From NCBI GenBank assembly GCA_038087875.1, contig CM075987.1:27344001-27408000 (forward strand): a stretch of DNA of 64,000 nucleotides, read 5' to 3'. Below, one piece after another: positions 1 through 12,480 of this stretch; within the stretch, counting starts at the first letter, position 1, and each line of letters starts with the position of its first letter. The notes beneath the pieces are model-generated. The model did no database searches, was not told the origin of the DNA, and saw only the letters and a list, made by a program, of their open reading frames with translations. The position numbers and the translations under genes were made by a program. Source of the DNA: Malacoraja senta. Its lineage: Eukaryota.

Positions 1-1130
1 TAGTAATTCACCATTCTCGGATTTAATTTTATTTATAGTATTTTCCTTTTCCTGTTTTTTCAATTGACGCGCCAACAGCTTATGTGGTTTGTCACCAAAC
101 TCAAAATGTTCCTGTTTTGTAAGTTGGAATAATCTTATTACTCTTGCCGAGAGAATTTGGTTAAGTTTAAATTTCAGTAGTATTATCTTATTATGTTTAT
201 CTATAGTGGGATCTTTAGCATTATCTAACTCTAACTGTCTTATTTCTTGTTCTAACAGCATCTGTTCTGTTTTATTCTTCTTATTTTGAAATATTTCATA
301 TGAAATTATAATTCCTCTAATAAATGCTTTAAAAGTTTCCCATATTAAAGAAGGTGAGGTACCTGGTGTATCATTTATCTCAAAAAATGATATAATTTGT
401 TGTTTCAAATATTGATAACCCTGTAAGTCATTTAATATATATGTGTTAAACCTCCAAAAAAAAATTCTTTCCCGGCATTCCTTCAAATTTTACTAAAAAA
501 GTCAATGGAGAGTGATCAGAAATACTACTAATATGGTAAGTTGGGTTAATTATATATGGCATTAATTTCCTATCCACTAAAAAATAATCAATTCTTGAGT
601 ATGTTTTATGTACCGAAGAGTAAAACGAGTATTCCCTTCCTGCTGGGTTAGCAGATCTCCATACATCTGTTATGTTAGTATTTTTTATATATGTATTTAG
701 AAATTCACTAGTCTTAGATTTTATATTACTCCTTCTTTGTTTTGCTGATTTGTCTAAGTATGGATCTAAAACACAGTTGAAATCCCCTCCTATTATGACA
801 TTTTGATAATTAAACTCCAGTATTATATCTATAATTTTCTCAAAGAATTGAGGGTTATCAAAATTCGGAGCGTAAATATTTACCATAGTTATTGGGGTAG
901 CATAAATTTCTCCCGAAACTATGATATACCTTCCCTCTTTATCTGATATAGTATTCTTTAATTTGAACAGTATACCTTTTCGAATAAGAATAGCCGTACC
1001 TCTAGATTTAGAAGTAAATGACGAATAATATGTTTGGCCTATCCACTTCGCCTTTAATCTCATTTGTGTTTCCTGTTTCATGTGAGTTTCTTGCAAGTAA
1101 ATTATGTCGCTTTTCAAAGATTTAGACTTC
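1..1130 (-). mobile_element. L1-clade LINE ORF2 fragment (APE endonuclease plus linker), 5'-truncated, runs off the window start
   Basis: ORF 446..1117 has the APE motifs YLQETH, NIYAPN, GGDFN, SRIDY and SDH. After a frameshift in a T-run (~455-464) the frame continues WRFN...WETFKAFIRG...EFGDKPHKLLARQLKK to position 1. Confidence 0.9.
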
Positions 1131-1562
1131 TGATCAATAAGAAATCCTGACTGACAAAATTATTTAAAACATTTTCTGTTATTGTAATAAATTAATAATT
1201 CTTTAAATGCCCAGTAAACCATAATCCAAAATCATACCCCTAAATTGATCCTGCACACATCTGATGTCAAGGAAATCAGCATTTTGTAACAGTATTTTCA
1301 CCAAACGCTGACATTTTTCTCTATCTTGTCCAGGGACATTGAAGCTAAATTTATCACTTCAATTTCTGTCTCTGCTGAGATCAGATAGTTCACCAAGAAT
1401 TAAACTCATGATATTTCTGATCTGTAAGCGATTAATTACAGCACCAAACAATTAATTTACTACAAATAAGCTGTCCAGGCTGACGATGCACCAAAGAACA
1501 TTGAACACAACCATTTCTATTTTAGCAAATAGACGTTAGCATTTAACTGTTAAAAGACTCAC

Positions 1563-1735
1563 TGAGTGCACCCTCACAGTCCAGGATGTGGTATCCATTG
1601 TGCATGCATGCCGCAAGCAGCAGACCTTCCTGACTTGGATGCCACTTCACCCTCCATACACCTCCCTGGACGTGGGTATCTGCCAACGGCCGCTTCATCT
1701 GCCGGGAATCCCAGATAAGAACATGTTCGTCATAA
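1563..1735 (-). CDS. DPH7: DPH7 (WDR85, diphthine methylesterase) coding exon 8
   Basis: ttcag|...[33 protein letters not shown]...LAACMHNG...|gtgagt; 173 nt; matches recalled DPH7 WD40 sequence. The final exon lies outside the window. Confidence 0.95.
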
Positions 1736-2122
1736 CTGAAAAGAAAAATAGAATGAATAAAATTGATCGTTATAAACAGAAACAAGTCTGTTCACATATT
1801 GAATTAGTTACATTCATGGTTAAAGTACACAATACTTTTTTTTTTAAAAGAAGCAATTTTTCTTCTCAATTTCCCCTTTAGCCATTGAACTCAAATTTCA
1901 CTGTACATTAATTGGTACATGTGACAATTAATTTGAATCTTGAACTAGCTTTCTCAAAAAATCACCAGGAAACATAACTTTAGTAAAGATGGAGAACTTT
2001 CAAGGCCAATCAGGATAGATTTGAGTAAAACTTTAATTTTAGTTAAATCATGTGCAGATCAACAAAATTCCCCGAAGAACAAAAAGCAAAGTTCCTCTCG
2101 TTTTAGTAAATAGAAATCGCAC

Positions 2123-2188
2123 CTTCCAGTAGCCAGTATGTGTTGTTTATGCGGATTGCTTTGGATACTGCACACACCCATCGAGTGC
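2123..2188 (-). CDS. DPH7: DPH7 coding exon 7
   Basis: tttcag|G HSMGVCSIQSNPHKQHILATG AG|gtgcga; 66 nt; phase-consistent with neighbours. Confidence 0.95.
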
Positions 2189-3182
2189 CTGAAAAACAAA
2201 TATTTGTTTGAGAAATAAAGGGCAACCCGAGATTTTAATTACCCTTTAAAACTTCAGTACTGTGAAGAGCACCAAAATCTGCCAGGTTCAGCAGCTGATT
2301 CATAACACATTAGTTATGTCATCCAACATTATGGTAGAAGTGGTATTATTGAAATGAAAAGGCTAGGACTAAACAGATAAAGTATCCATCAATCTCAGTT
2401 CAAAGTCTCTATGTAGATTACAGATATGATCAGGCTCCACACAGCGACAGATCACATACCAAGATTATGTATAATGCTGAATTAAATCAGAACACTGCTG
2501 TAATGCATCCAAAAAAGGTTATTGCTTTTTCCCTCAAGCCTCTACGCATTATTCTACAAAATGTTTCAACACGGACTTTCGTCCTTTCTCAGGACAAAAG
2601 CAAAAACGAGAATTTACAAAATGTAGAAAACTGACTTGCTAAAATTGCTCTGGATTGACCAGGAAAAGCAAGAGAATTGGCAGCAATTAAGCCACTTTAT
2701 TGCTCTAACTTCCAATCTATCAATCAGAAGCAGGTGACACAGTACCTGTTGATATTGTCCTTTCACCTGTGGGTCCTTTGCCGGCATCCTGCCCCACTGA
2801 TGGGGTAAAGCTTTTGTAATTAAGCTGTTATGGAAATCGAGTTTGAGATTGTCTGTCCCTGTCTTTGGGTGAAGTGTTTTAGTGCATTATTGTCCATAGA
2901 GCTGTGGACAGGGTCAGACTAATGGATGAGGATCTTTCTTAGGAATCTGAAATTTAAGCTGCGCCTGAAACCTGGAATTATTTAATACTAATTACATGTG
3001 TTCAATTCTCCAGGTAAAATACAACTCACCTAAAAGCTTAAAGCTTCACCAGGATATACAAAGTGAAGGATATACAAATTTAAAACACAAGCACCCATTC
3101 AGCTCCTTATAGCTGAGGAATTTATTAGAGTAGTTACAGAGTTGTATTAGAGGAGTAGCACTTTCAAACATTGTGCACATAC

Positions 3183-3255
3183 CTGGTGCTGATGAAGACT
3201 GGCTTATTGGTCCCTGTCCGCATGTCCCAACCTTTCAACTTACTGTCATCACCTC
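3183..3255 (-). CDS. DPH7: DPH7 coding exon 6
   Basis: ctccag|GA GDDSKLKGWDMRTGTNKPVFIST AG|gtatgt; 73 nt. Confidence 0.95.
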
Positions 3256-4267
3256 CTGGAGAAGGACAGAAAGGGAAATAAAATTAAACTAGCACACAAT
3301 CTTCTAAGCAGCTCACAAATACATTCTCATTGAAATATAAATTCTTTGTGGGCTTTTTGTAGAGCAGTATCTGGAGTTCCTTGTCTCATTACCCTCAAAA
3401 TATACTTGCCTCTCCATCTTTGGGCAAAGAAGCCAAGTGTTAAGCTAGGGAAAAGGTAAAATTTGACTGCTACCCTGTTGTGAACATGCAGGTACTCCTC
3501 TGGTGAGGTCAGGTCCGTGCTCGGTTATGATGCTTTTCATAAAGTGCATAAACTGCTAATATTTCTATCTTGGATTACACATGAAGCCTCTGTTAGCCAG
3601 TTAATATATTTCTGCAAGAATCAATCCTTGTAGAAAAGAGGTAAATGGTAGCGGTGGGGGGAATTTGGGAAAGGATGGTCGGGACAACACATTTGAAAAA
3701 ATTAACTGCACTTCCTAGGATCAATTCTACAATTCGACCAGCAACATTATATTTGGAGAACTAGAGCATTTATCAGTCTGACAGAGCAGGAATATTTGAG
3801 TTATTGACAGAATTCTGATGTAGATGATCTATAAAGACAAATTCCCTCAATTATTTTCTAAACAAAATATGATCTAATATTGGAAAACTCCTATTTCCTA
3901 CTTCTAGATTATTTTTTTCTTCTCATCAATCACAATTAAAATACCATGCATGCTCCTCTGATGGTTTAGGGAATAACACTGGGTTTGAGAAGATTAATAG
4001 TTCAGTACAAGGTTGGCTTCAAATTATTGAACCTTAGTTGAGATATTTGAATGGCATCAGCTGGAAGTGGAGATTCAGGGCAGTAATGGAATTTGAGGTT
4101 CTTCCCTTTCCCTTTCACTGGGGAAATGTCCTATATCTAGAAATCGGATGACACGAATTGACTCATTTAATATTTGGGGAATGAATGCTTTGAGAATGCA
4201 CTAAAGAGCACAACAAACTCGTACATCGCACATCATTAATGTACTGTGTCTTCAAGAGGGGAGAACA

Positions 4268-5216
4268 TCTATATAACTAAAAGTCTCATCTTGACCACTT
4301 CCTGTCTGCGCTGCATATTGATTTTAGAAAACAAGCTACCATATATCACTATGATTTTTGGCCATCTTACTCACAGTCCTCCTCCGCTGAGGCAGCCCCG
4401 AAGATATTTCCGATCGATGAAAAATAAAAAGGTTATGAGTGTTTACAAAATCTTGAGATCAGCTGATTGGTCCTCGCATGTCAATCACCACGATGAAGGT
4501 AACACCCCTTCCGGGGGGGGGGGGGGGGCAGGACTATAAAACCCCGGATGCCTAGACGTGAGTCAGTCACTCTGGAAGATCGTGAGGGAGAGTCCACAAC
4601 TGTGATTCTAAGCTGTGAATCAACTGAACTGTGAGTCTGCAATGTACTTGCAATAAATAATTTGTTAGTCCTTAATGACAATGCAATGAGTTGTTTGGCA
4701 ATTTGGTGGCCTGCACTCTGCTTGAAATGCTATGAAATTGAATTTGGTGGCCTGCACTCTGCTTGAAATGGAATTTCAAGGAATAGCCGTGAGTTAACTG
4801 CCAGTCCACCAGCCCTGAGTGACTGAGCTGCCAGCCCACCAGCCCTGAGTAACTGAGCTGCCAGCCCACCAGCCCTGAGTGACTGAGCTGCCAGCCCACC
4901 AACCCTGAGTGACTGAGCTGCCAGCCCACCAGGCCTGAGTGACTGAGCTGCCTGCCCACCAGGCCTGCGTGACTGAGCTGCCTGCCTACCAGGCCCGAGT
5001 GACTGAGCTGCCAGCCCACCAGGCCTGAGTGACTGAGCTGCCAGCCTACCAGGCCTGAGTGACCGAGCTGCCAGCCCACCAGGCCTGAATGACTGAGCTG
5101 CCAGACCAAGAATCCATTCGGCCCACAATGTCCATACTAGCCCTCTGGAAACCTGTCCCTTCGGCCCACAACACCCATACTAGCGCTCCAGACCCAACGG
5201 GTCCCGCTTAGTCTAG
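4268..5216 (+). mobile_element. Non-autonomous Helitron-like element
   Basis: 5' end a|TCTATATAACT, 3' end GACCC-aac-GGGTC hairpin (5191-5203) followed by CTAG|t. Inserted between A and T with no TSD. Contains an internal minisatellite. Confidence 0.75.
4789..5104. repeat. 30-bp minisatellite, ~10.5 copies
   Basis: Unit gtgactgagctgccagcccaccaggcctga read directly. Confidence 0.95.
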
Positions 5217-5327
5217 TTTAAATTATAAAGTTTACTAGTGTTGGTAAAGGAATAGTTCAGGCACAGATAAAAATGAGCATGTTTGGGGCTGACTTTCACT
5301 CAACTGCTCCGAACATGACCAAGCTAC

Positions 5328-5491
5328 CTGAATAAATAACATCTGTATTCCAGTAATTGAAAGCTGCAATCCAAGCTTCAAAGTCATGTGCCTTCCACTG
5401 GGAGACCACGGCCATTGCTGATCTACTGCTGTCCACAGATACCAGGCTCAAACATCCCTTTGAGTCACTGCTAATGATCTTGACAGGTTCA
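5328..5491 (-). CDS. DPH7: DPH7 coding exon 5
   Basis: ttcacag|[13 protein letters not shown]...[25 protein letters not shown]|gtagct; 164 nt. Confidence 0.95.
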
Positions 5492-5518
5492 CTGTGAACA
5501 CAAAAATGAAAAAGGTCG

Positions 5519-5960
5519 TAATAATAATAATAAACTTTATTTCGGACTCAAGGTCCAGACAAGGGACATTACATTAAAATACATTGCATATAAAAACACC
5601 ATAAAATACATATAAAATCTTAGTATATCACTTATAAAAGCATCATAAATTATATATAAAAAAACAATACATGATTTAAAATACAGAATAATAAAGAAAG
5701 ATCAGTGTTCTTCAACGGGACAGCGATACCAGTGTCTCCACAACTGGGATTGGTAGCGTGTAGTGCTAAACCTTATGTTTGACAAGGCCACAATAATTAC
5801 ATTTTTAGAGTCATTTATCCTGCAAATGAATTTATACACATGATTTCTTAGGATAGCTTCTAAAGTACTGACTCCTGCAGCCACAAACATGTTACTAGCA
5901 TTACACCATCTAGGTTTCCTTAGCAGTGTTCTCATGGCATCATTATAGGACACCTTTAGT
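5519..5960 (-). mobile_element. RTE-X-like LINE 3' fragment with (TTA)n tail
   Basis: ORF C-terminus RLKVSYNDAMRTLL...SNMFV...ILRNHVYKFICRINDSKN, AT-rich 3'UTR, AATAAA and (TTA)n tail. Clade assignment is from recall. Confidence 0.6.
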
Positions 5961-7021
5961 CTCTGCTGTGGGGTTCCACAAGGTTCCATCCTTGGCCCCA
6001 TTCTCTTCTCCCTGTATATGCTCCCCTTAGGCCAAGTCATTGAAAGGCACGGCATTTCCTTCCATTGCTACGCAGACGATACACAACTCTATCTCCCCCT
6101 GAAGCCCAAAAAACAATCAAATCTGCTTAACCTTACCCACTGCCTCGAGGATATAAAGTGTTGGATGCCCCAGAACTTCCTCCAACTAAACAAGAGTAAG
6201 TTTGAGGTCATCCTTCTCGGGCCCTCGGACTCAATCAAAATGATAGCAGGCAGCCTTGGAAGCCTTACCCCACTACTCAAACCTCACGTCAAAAACCTTG
6301 GCATGATATTTGACTCAGCACTGAAATTTGACAAACAAGTCAATGCCGTGGTAAAAGCTAGCTTCTTTCAGCTTCGGACGATAGCTAAAATAAAACAATT
6401 CCTCCAGTTTGATGACCTCGAAAAGATCATCCACACATTCATCTCCTCCCGCCTAGATTACTGCAACTCCCTTTACACTGGCATCAGCCAATCTTCCCTG
6501 TCCTGCCTGCAACTGGTCCAAAACGCCGCAGCGAGACCCCTGACGGGCTCCCGAAAAAGGGACCACATCACCCCGATCCTGGCCTCTCTCCACTGGCTCC
6601 CTGTGCGGTTCCGTATAAACTTCAAGATCCTCCTCCACGTCTACAAAGCCCTCAATGGGCTTGCCCCCACCTACATAAACAGTCTTCTCACCCACCACTC
6701 CACCTCCAGGCCCCTCAGATCGGCCGACTTGGGGTTGCTGAATATCCCACGGTCTAGGCATAAGCTCAGTTGCAGCCCCTAAACTGTGGAACAGCATCCC
6801 CTTTCCCATCAGAACTGCCCCCTCCATCGACTCTTTTAAGTCAAGACTAAAAACGTATCTATACTCCCAAGCCTTTCCTGATGTCCTCTGAGTGAGGGCT
6901 ACATGTATATATGTATGTAGTTTGTTTTGGTTATGCTATTATAACAAATGTAAAGCACTTTGGCCAACGAGAGTTGTTTTTTAAATGTGCTATATAAATA
7001 AATGTGACTTGACTTGACTTG
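5961..7021 (+). mobile_element. L2 LINE 3' fragment (RT C-terminal half)
   Basis: GVPQGSILGP, YADDTQLY, SRLDYCNSL, QLVQNAAAR, HITPILASLHWLPV; tail aataaa...(gactt)n. Confidence 0.9.
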
Positions 7022-7339
7022 TCTTTCCATAGTTCGACCACAGGTGCGCAGTATAGAGTGGTGTGTAATATGCTCTAAACTACGACATCTTCACCACATC
7101 TGTACACGCACCAAACTTACGTAAGATTACCCACACAACATTCTACATTTCAGGAACAACTCGAAAGTAGAACATAAACTTTGCAAAGAGGACATTTTAC
7201 CAACATTGATTAAGTTACTCAGAGAGCTTACACATTTAAAAATGAAGGAAATAATCAATAAATTACTCAAGAATACATAGTTTGAAATTCCCTTTGGAAA
7301 AACAAAAACAAAAGAGAATGAGCAGAAATAAAAACTTAC

Positions 7340-7431
7340 TGCCATTTTCCTGTTGACCAGTCCAGTGACAGAGCCAAGCTTTCTGGCCCTAACTTAACAC
7401 TGCACATGGGCTCCAATGAGCAGCTGTTTTT
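7340..7431 (-). CDS. DPH7: DPH7 coding exon 4
   Basis: tttcagcag|[32 protein letters not shown]|gtaagt; 92 nt; NAGNAG acceptor (alternative start 7434). Confidence 0.93.
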
Positions 7432-8875
7432 CTGCTGAAAGAAAAGATTTCATTGAGCCACAGAAAACTCTCCATTTTAATGTCCACATTTCAATTTGTC
7501 TTTAACACCATTTTTTTACCATTCCACATGTATAACAGAGTTTCACGCATATTAATTTTAAGGAGGCTTGAAACTGATTTACGTTTGCAAGGAGCTTTAT
7601 TGACAGGTCCATTCTTGTTTCCTCCATACATCTAATAGGCGCATTAAAAAGAGAGTAAAAACAAATACTGGACCAATTACCCCACCCTAATCCATGGTAG
7701 TGAGGGTAAATGACATCAGAACAACTTATTTAGATGCAGAGCTTTTGGAAGGAGTGGGTGTAAGGGAAGCAATTTCCAATAAAAGATGAAGCAACATCTT
7801 TAAGTAGCATTGATTTTTTTCCTGCAGCCCATGAAAGACAACATTTGATATTTTAGATTTCATTTTACAAAACCAAGATAGTTTTATCGTTAGCCTAAAG
7901 CAAGTAATAAAATCACTAACTGCTCCTTTGAAAGACTAGCCACACAAAGCCAAGACTGATCTGTGTAGTTTGTAGTGCTTTATTTTAATTAACACAAAAA
8001 ACATTCTTCAAACTCAAACACATTCAAAATATAAGACAATTGTTTTTAAATATCCATACAAATAATTACATTGAAAGACAAAGACGTCTCCATGATGAAT
8101 CGTAAACCAAAAGCATACCTTCATGCTTAATAAAACATAATTAACGCAAACTTCATTATTTGTGGTTAGCCATCAGAACCAGTTCCTATTCTAACCTAGT
8201 CAAGAATTCTCTCCACATTATTTCCACAAATAAATATCCATCTCACAAAGTATCAGAGATTGGGCCAGCAGCTCATATGAATGGATATAATTACAGTTTT
8301 TAATATATATTTGGATATGTAAGTGGATAGGGGAGGTTTAGAGTTAAATGGGCCAAATGCAGGCAAATGGGACTGGTACAGTATGTCAACTTGGTCAGCA
8401 TAGACAAGGTGGGCCTAAAGGACTGTTCCGTGCTGCATGACTGCATGACTCCAGCATTTTGTGTCTACCTTTGACTCTATCCCCTAATCCATTCCGTTAA
8501 CATAGATTATGAATATCTGGACTCTGACAACATTCCAAGTATTACAGCTTTCCAACCCAAAATTGCCTTTTTTTTCATTTTCTCTGTTAACTAATCATCA
8601 AAGCACACCAGCATAATAACCCTAAAACCAGGTATACTAACCTTGTTTAACAACCTTGTGTGTCAACTTATCGGAAATCTTTTGAAAATCACAAACTACC
8701 ACGTTAACTAGTTCACCCGTAACCAGTTAGTTACAACTTCCATTAAAATTTGCAAGAAATTTGGCAAACACTACTTCCTTTTGTAAATCCCTTTTAACTA
8801 TTATTTTCCATGTTCCTGATTACCATTTCCTTAAAAGATTTCAGCATTTTCTCCACTAAAAATAGTACACATGCC

Positions 8876-8963
8876 TTTATTTGGTGTTAGATTATACAGT
8901 TCCAGGCTTCCTTCAGCATTCGCTACACCAAGTACAGGATACCCAGCCATGGGCACATGACAC
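8876..8963 (-). CDS. DPH7: DPH7 coding exon 3 (donor site ambiguous)
   Basis: attgcag|G CHVPMAGYPVLGVANAEGSLELYNLTPNK; there is no GT at the phase-0 position (see findings). Confidence 0.85.
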
Positions 8964-9579
8964 CTGCAATCAAGATAGCTTTAGATTATTATTCCAATTT
9001 TCAGAAGAAAACTCATTATATAGTCATGCAAAATGTCAGTTAACCAAAAATACAGACAAGAATCAAGCTGTATCAAATCATGACAATACTTCCCATGTCT
9101 AATGTGTCGATTATGGTCATTTTAGGTTAGATCTCCAGTCTGCAGTGAATTACTATTATTTAGGATGAAAGTAGAAATGCAACTACAGTTTCCATTAATG
9201 TGTCAGATGTTCTAATTAGTTTGTTCAGTGTTCCTGTTCTGACAGCTACTAACTTACAAATTTCAGATCTACAGGAGTTTAATGTCACCAGTCTCTCCTG
9301 TAGGCAGATTGTTATTATTGTATAGAGAGTCATTCAATAACAGGTTAAATAACGCGTCCATGTTAAATGAGTTGAATTCTCATTATTTCTCAAGTTGAAC
9401 GCTCTTAAGTTCCAAAAACAAGTTCCAGATTTTTCATTAAATTAGAATGACAAAAAAAGCTGATTCAACTTGCAATAATATGCAAGTAAAAATGAAGCAG
9501 CATCCAACAGGAAAACAATCAACCCATACCAGCTCTGCAAAGAGCAAAGCTCTGTAGTTCTTCCACATTGAGTGTAAAA

Positions 9580-10200
9580 CATAAAAAAGCCATGCCGGTC
9601 TGTCACATGATGGTGGACAATTAAGCGGGTAACAGGAGGAGGTGGTTCTAAAAACATAACTATCCTGTAAAATGAGACTTGAAGGTACATGGTTACGGTG
9701 AAATCAAACCATGAATCAATGAGCAGGGCCCAGTAAATGATGGTTATGGACAAGGCTGAAACACTTGTGGTCCCTTTCACCCAAATGCCAAGTGATTTAT
9801 CCAAGTTTGAGTCCTCCCAAAATAACCACCATTCACAGAAGCCACTTCCAGCCAAGTTGGTTCTTGATAACACGTGAAGCAAAAGACTCAGAACACAAAG
9901 GTAGCAAAGGCTATGGGGCTATACAATATCTCAACACACACCAGAGCTGACTATGCTTCCAGCCAAGCTGCTCCAGATCAATCAAAACACTGGCATCTGC
10001 CCAACTATGTGGAACCCAGGGGTGTTGTGTTCACAAGCAGGGAAACTACAATCTTCACAATTAACATTCTGTCTTCTATCAGTCATCAGCAAAGTGATAC
10101 AAGATGTCAAGCAGCACTTACTCACCAAAGCTCTGCTCACTGATTACCAGTCTAGGTTTCACCATACCATACACCTTCAGGCCCCAGTACAGCCTTGGTG
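9580..10200 (+). mobile_element. Old degenerate CR1/L2-group LINE ORF2 fragment
   Basis: Broken remnants WWTIKRVTGGGG, PAKLLQ..NTGI.P..W, HLLTKALLTDYQSRF. Confidence 0.5.
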
Positions 10201-10224
10201 TAAACATTGATCAAAAGACTACCG

Positions 10225-11010
10225 TAATTGTTGTGAGGTGTGCATTTTGAGAAGTAAAACAAGGCAGGACCTTTACAGTGAATGGCAGTGTGTTGGGGAG
10301 TATTATAGGGCAAAGGGACCTAGGAATGCAGGTACACAATACCCTGAAAGTGGTTTCACAGAGAGATCGGGTGGTCAAGGCAGCTTTCAGTAGATTGGCC
10401 TTCATTATTCAAGGTATTGAGTACAGACAATGGGATGATATGTTACAGTTGTACATGACATTAGTAAGGCCACATTTGGAGTATATTGTTCAGTTTTGAT
10501 CAACCTGCTATAGGAAGGGTGTTGTAAAGCTGGAATTATTGCAGAGAAGATCTACGTGAATATTGCCAGGTATGCCTGAGCTATAGGTAAAGGTTGGACA
10601 GGCTAGGACTTTATTCCTTGGAGTGCAGGAAGCTGAGGGATGATCATATAGAGGTGTATAAAATCATGATGAGAATAGATAGAATGAATGCAGAGTCTTT
10701 TACCTAGAGTTTGGTAATCAAGAACCAGAGGACATAGGTTGAAGGTGCGAGAGGAAAGATTTAATAGGAACCTAAGGGGCAACTTTTTCCACAGAGGGTG
10801 GTTTGTGTATGGAATGAGCTGCCAAAGGTAGTAATTGAGGCAGGTATTATAAAAATGTTTAAAATCCATTTGGACAGGTACATGGATAGGACAGATTTAG
10901 AGGGATATGGGCCAAACAAAAGCAGGTGGGACTTACAGTGATGGGGCATCTTGGTAGGCATTGACAAGTTTGTCCAAAGGCCCTGATTCCATGCTGTATG
11001 ACTCCATGAC
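10225..11010 (+). mobile_element. Degenerate CR1 3' fragment
   Basis: RDLGMQVH..LKV, LYMTLVRPHLEY.VQF, RVV..WNELP and a CR1-type 3'UTR. Confidence 0.85.
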
Positions 11011-11751
11011 ATAAACTAGCTGTGCTGCCAGCCCCCCTCCCCCTCATCACATCCCTCCCAGAAAAAGTACCTCATCAAGTTAGTCAAATAGTCAACTTTG
11101 TCAAGCTCTGAATATTAGGGATTGGACATGCAAATTAGTTGCCAGTACATTAAAACAATACATAGAACATGTCAGTCTTTTCTACAAGGGTAGATTTTCA
11201 TGACTGAACGTGGAAGGAGTTATGTTTTCATGTACATTAAAATGCTTGAAATTAAAGTACAATTAATTACCAAGGCAAATGGATGACCTTTATATCTATA
11301 TGCAGTGAAATCATCTTACAAGTCTAGAAGGCATTGGTGAAATAATGTGTACCATTTGGTCTCCTATTAAGGAATTAACTTACATTTGAAGTAGTTCACA
11401 TATGCTTCACTTGATTCCTGGAATAAAGGGAAAGATTGAGCAGGTTGGGCCTATACACATTGAAGTTTAGAGTAAATAGATGGAATTCTTCGCCCAGAGA
11501 GTTATGACTCTTTGCAATTCTCTACTTTGAAAGTTGAATTACTGTACAAATCCAAAGCTGATTATTGAACTACTGGGGAGTCACGGTTTATGGGCAACAG
11601 ACAGGGAGAGTGGAATCAAGGCCAATATCAGATCAGCCATGATCTTACTCAATGGTGGACTAGCCTTTAGGTATGATCACATCCTGCTTCTATTTTGTGT
11701 GTTCATAAAAGCCCTTTGTGATACTTTATATCCAACCTCATTAACGCTTAC

Positions 11752-11891
11752 CATTTGAGATCTAATATTGCAGGCATTTCAATCCTCTGTACCTCTGTTA
11801 AAGGAGAATAAAGCTGTTTCTGTTGAAAGCAGTATAGGTAAAGCCGCCCCTGCCGGAGTTGAGGCTTATTAATTTCTGAGTCTCCTGACCC
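11752..11891 (-). CDS. DPH7: DPH7 coding exon 2
   Basis: ttttccag|GSGDSEINKPQLRQGRLYLYCF...PLTEVQRIEMPAILDLK TG|gtaagc; 140 nt. Confidence 0.95.
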
Positions 11892-12339
11892 CTGGAAAAT
11901 CAAAGTTATAAATAGTCAGTTCAAAATTATATTGTCATTACTAGACATCTAAATTTAAGAGATCTCTCTTTGAAAGGCTGTTTTGAGGGAATTCTTTGAA
12001 CCATGAAATGAATCAGTTATATCTGACCATGCTCTCCATTTCTATAGATTAATTCTGTCAAAGATCAATGGGCAGCAATGAACATGCTTTTCTACTGTAT
12101 TCACAGGCCAATTCCGAGGGTAATTGCAGTGACCCCACTCCTGCCCAGCCAATATTAGCACAGGCTTAAATTGAATCACTAACATTCCAAAAATATTATT
12201 ATCAATGTTACTCCTGTTTGATTCATTCGAAAACTTAATTACAGTCTTCAAATTAGGAAAGACCACAATATTCCTAATAATAACTAAAGTGAGATTTAAT
12301 TGCAAAAAACAATTTCCCTTCCTGTAAACAGCATTGTAC

Positions 12340-12480
12340 CTTCTCTTCAGGATTCTTTAATTGATAAGTACCACAGGTTAGTACATGATGCCACTTGTCA
12401 ATCGGGCACCACTCCACAGCATCTGCACTGTACTCTGTATCCACTACCTGGAGGGTTCGAGCTGTACGTCGAGCTTCCAT
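12340..12480 (-). CDS. DPH7: DPH7 first coding exon (exon probably starts at 12533 including 5'UTR)
   Basis: MEARRTARTLQVVDTEYSADAVEWCP...LTCGTYQLKNPEEK|gtacaa; upstream acceptor ttttcttttcag at 12534. Confidence 0.93.

Noticed and set aside
4672..5128. Repetitive ORFs (GWQLSHSGLV)n
   Set aside because: By-product of a 30-bp stop-free minisatellite
9442..9882. 146-aa minus-strand ORF
   Set aside because: Antisense to a decayed LINE; no motif or splice support
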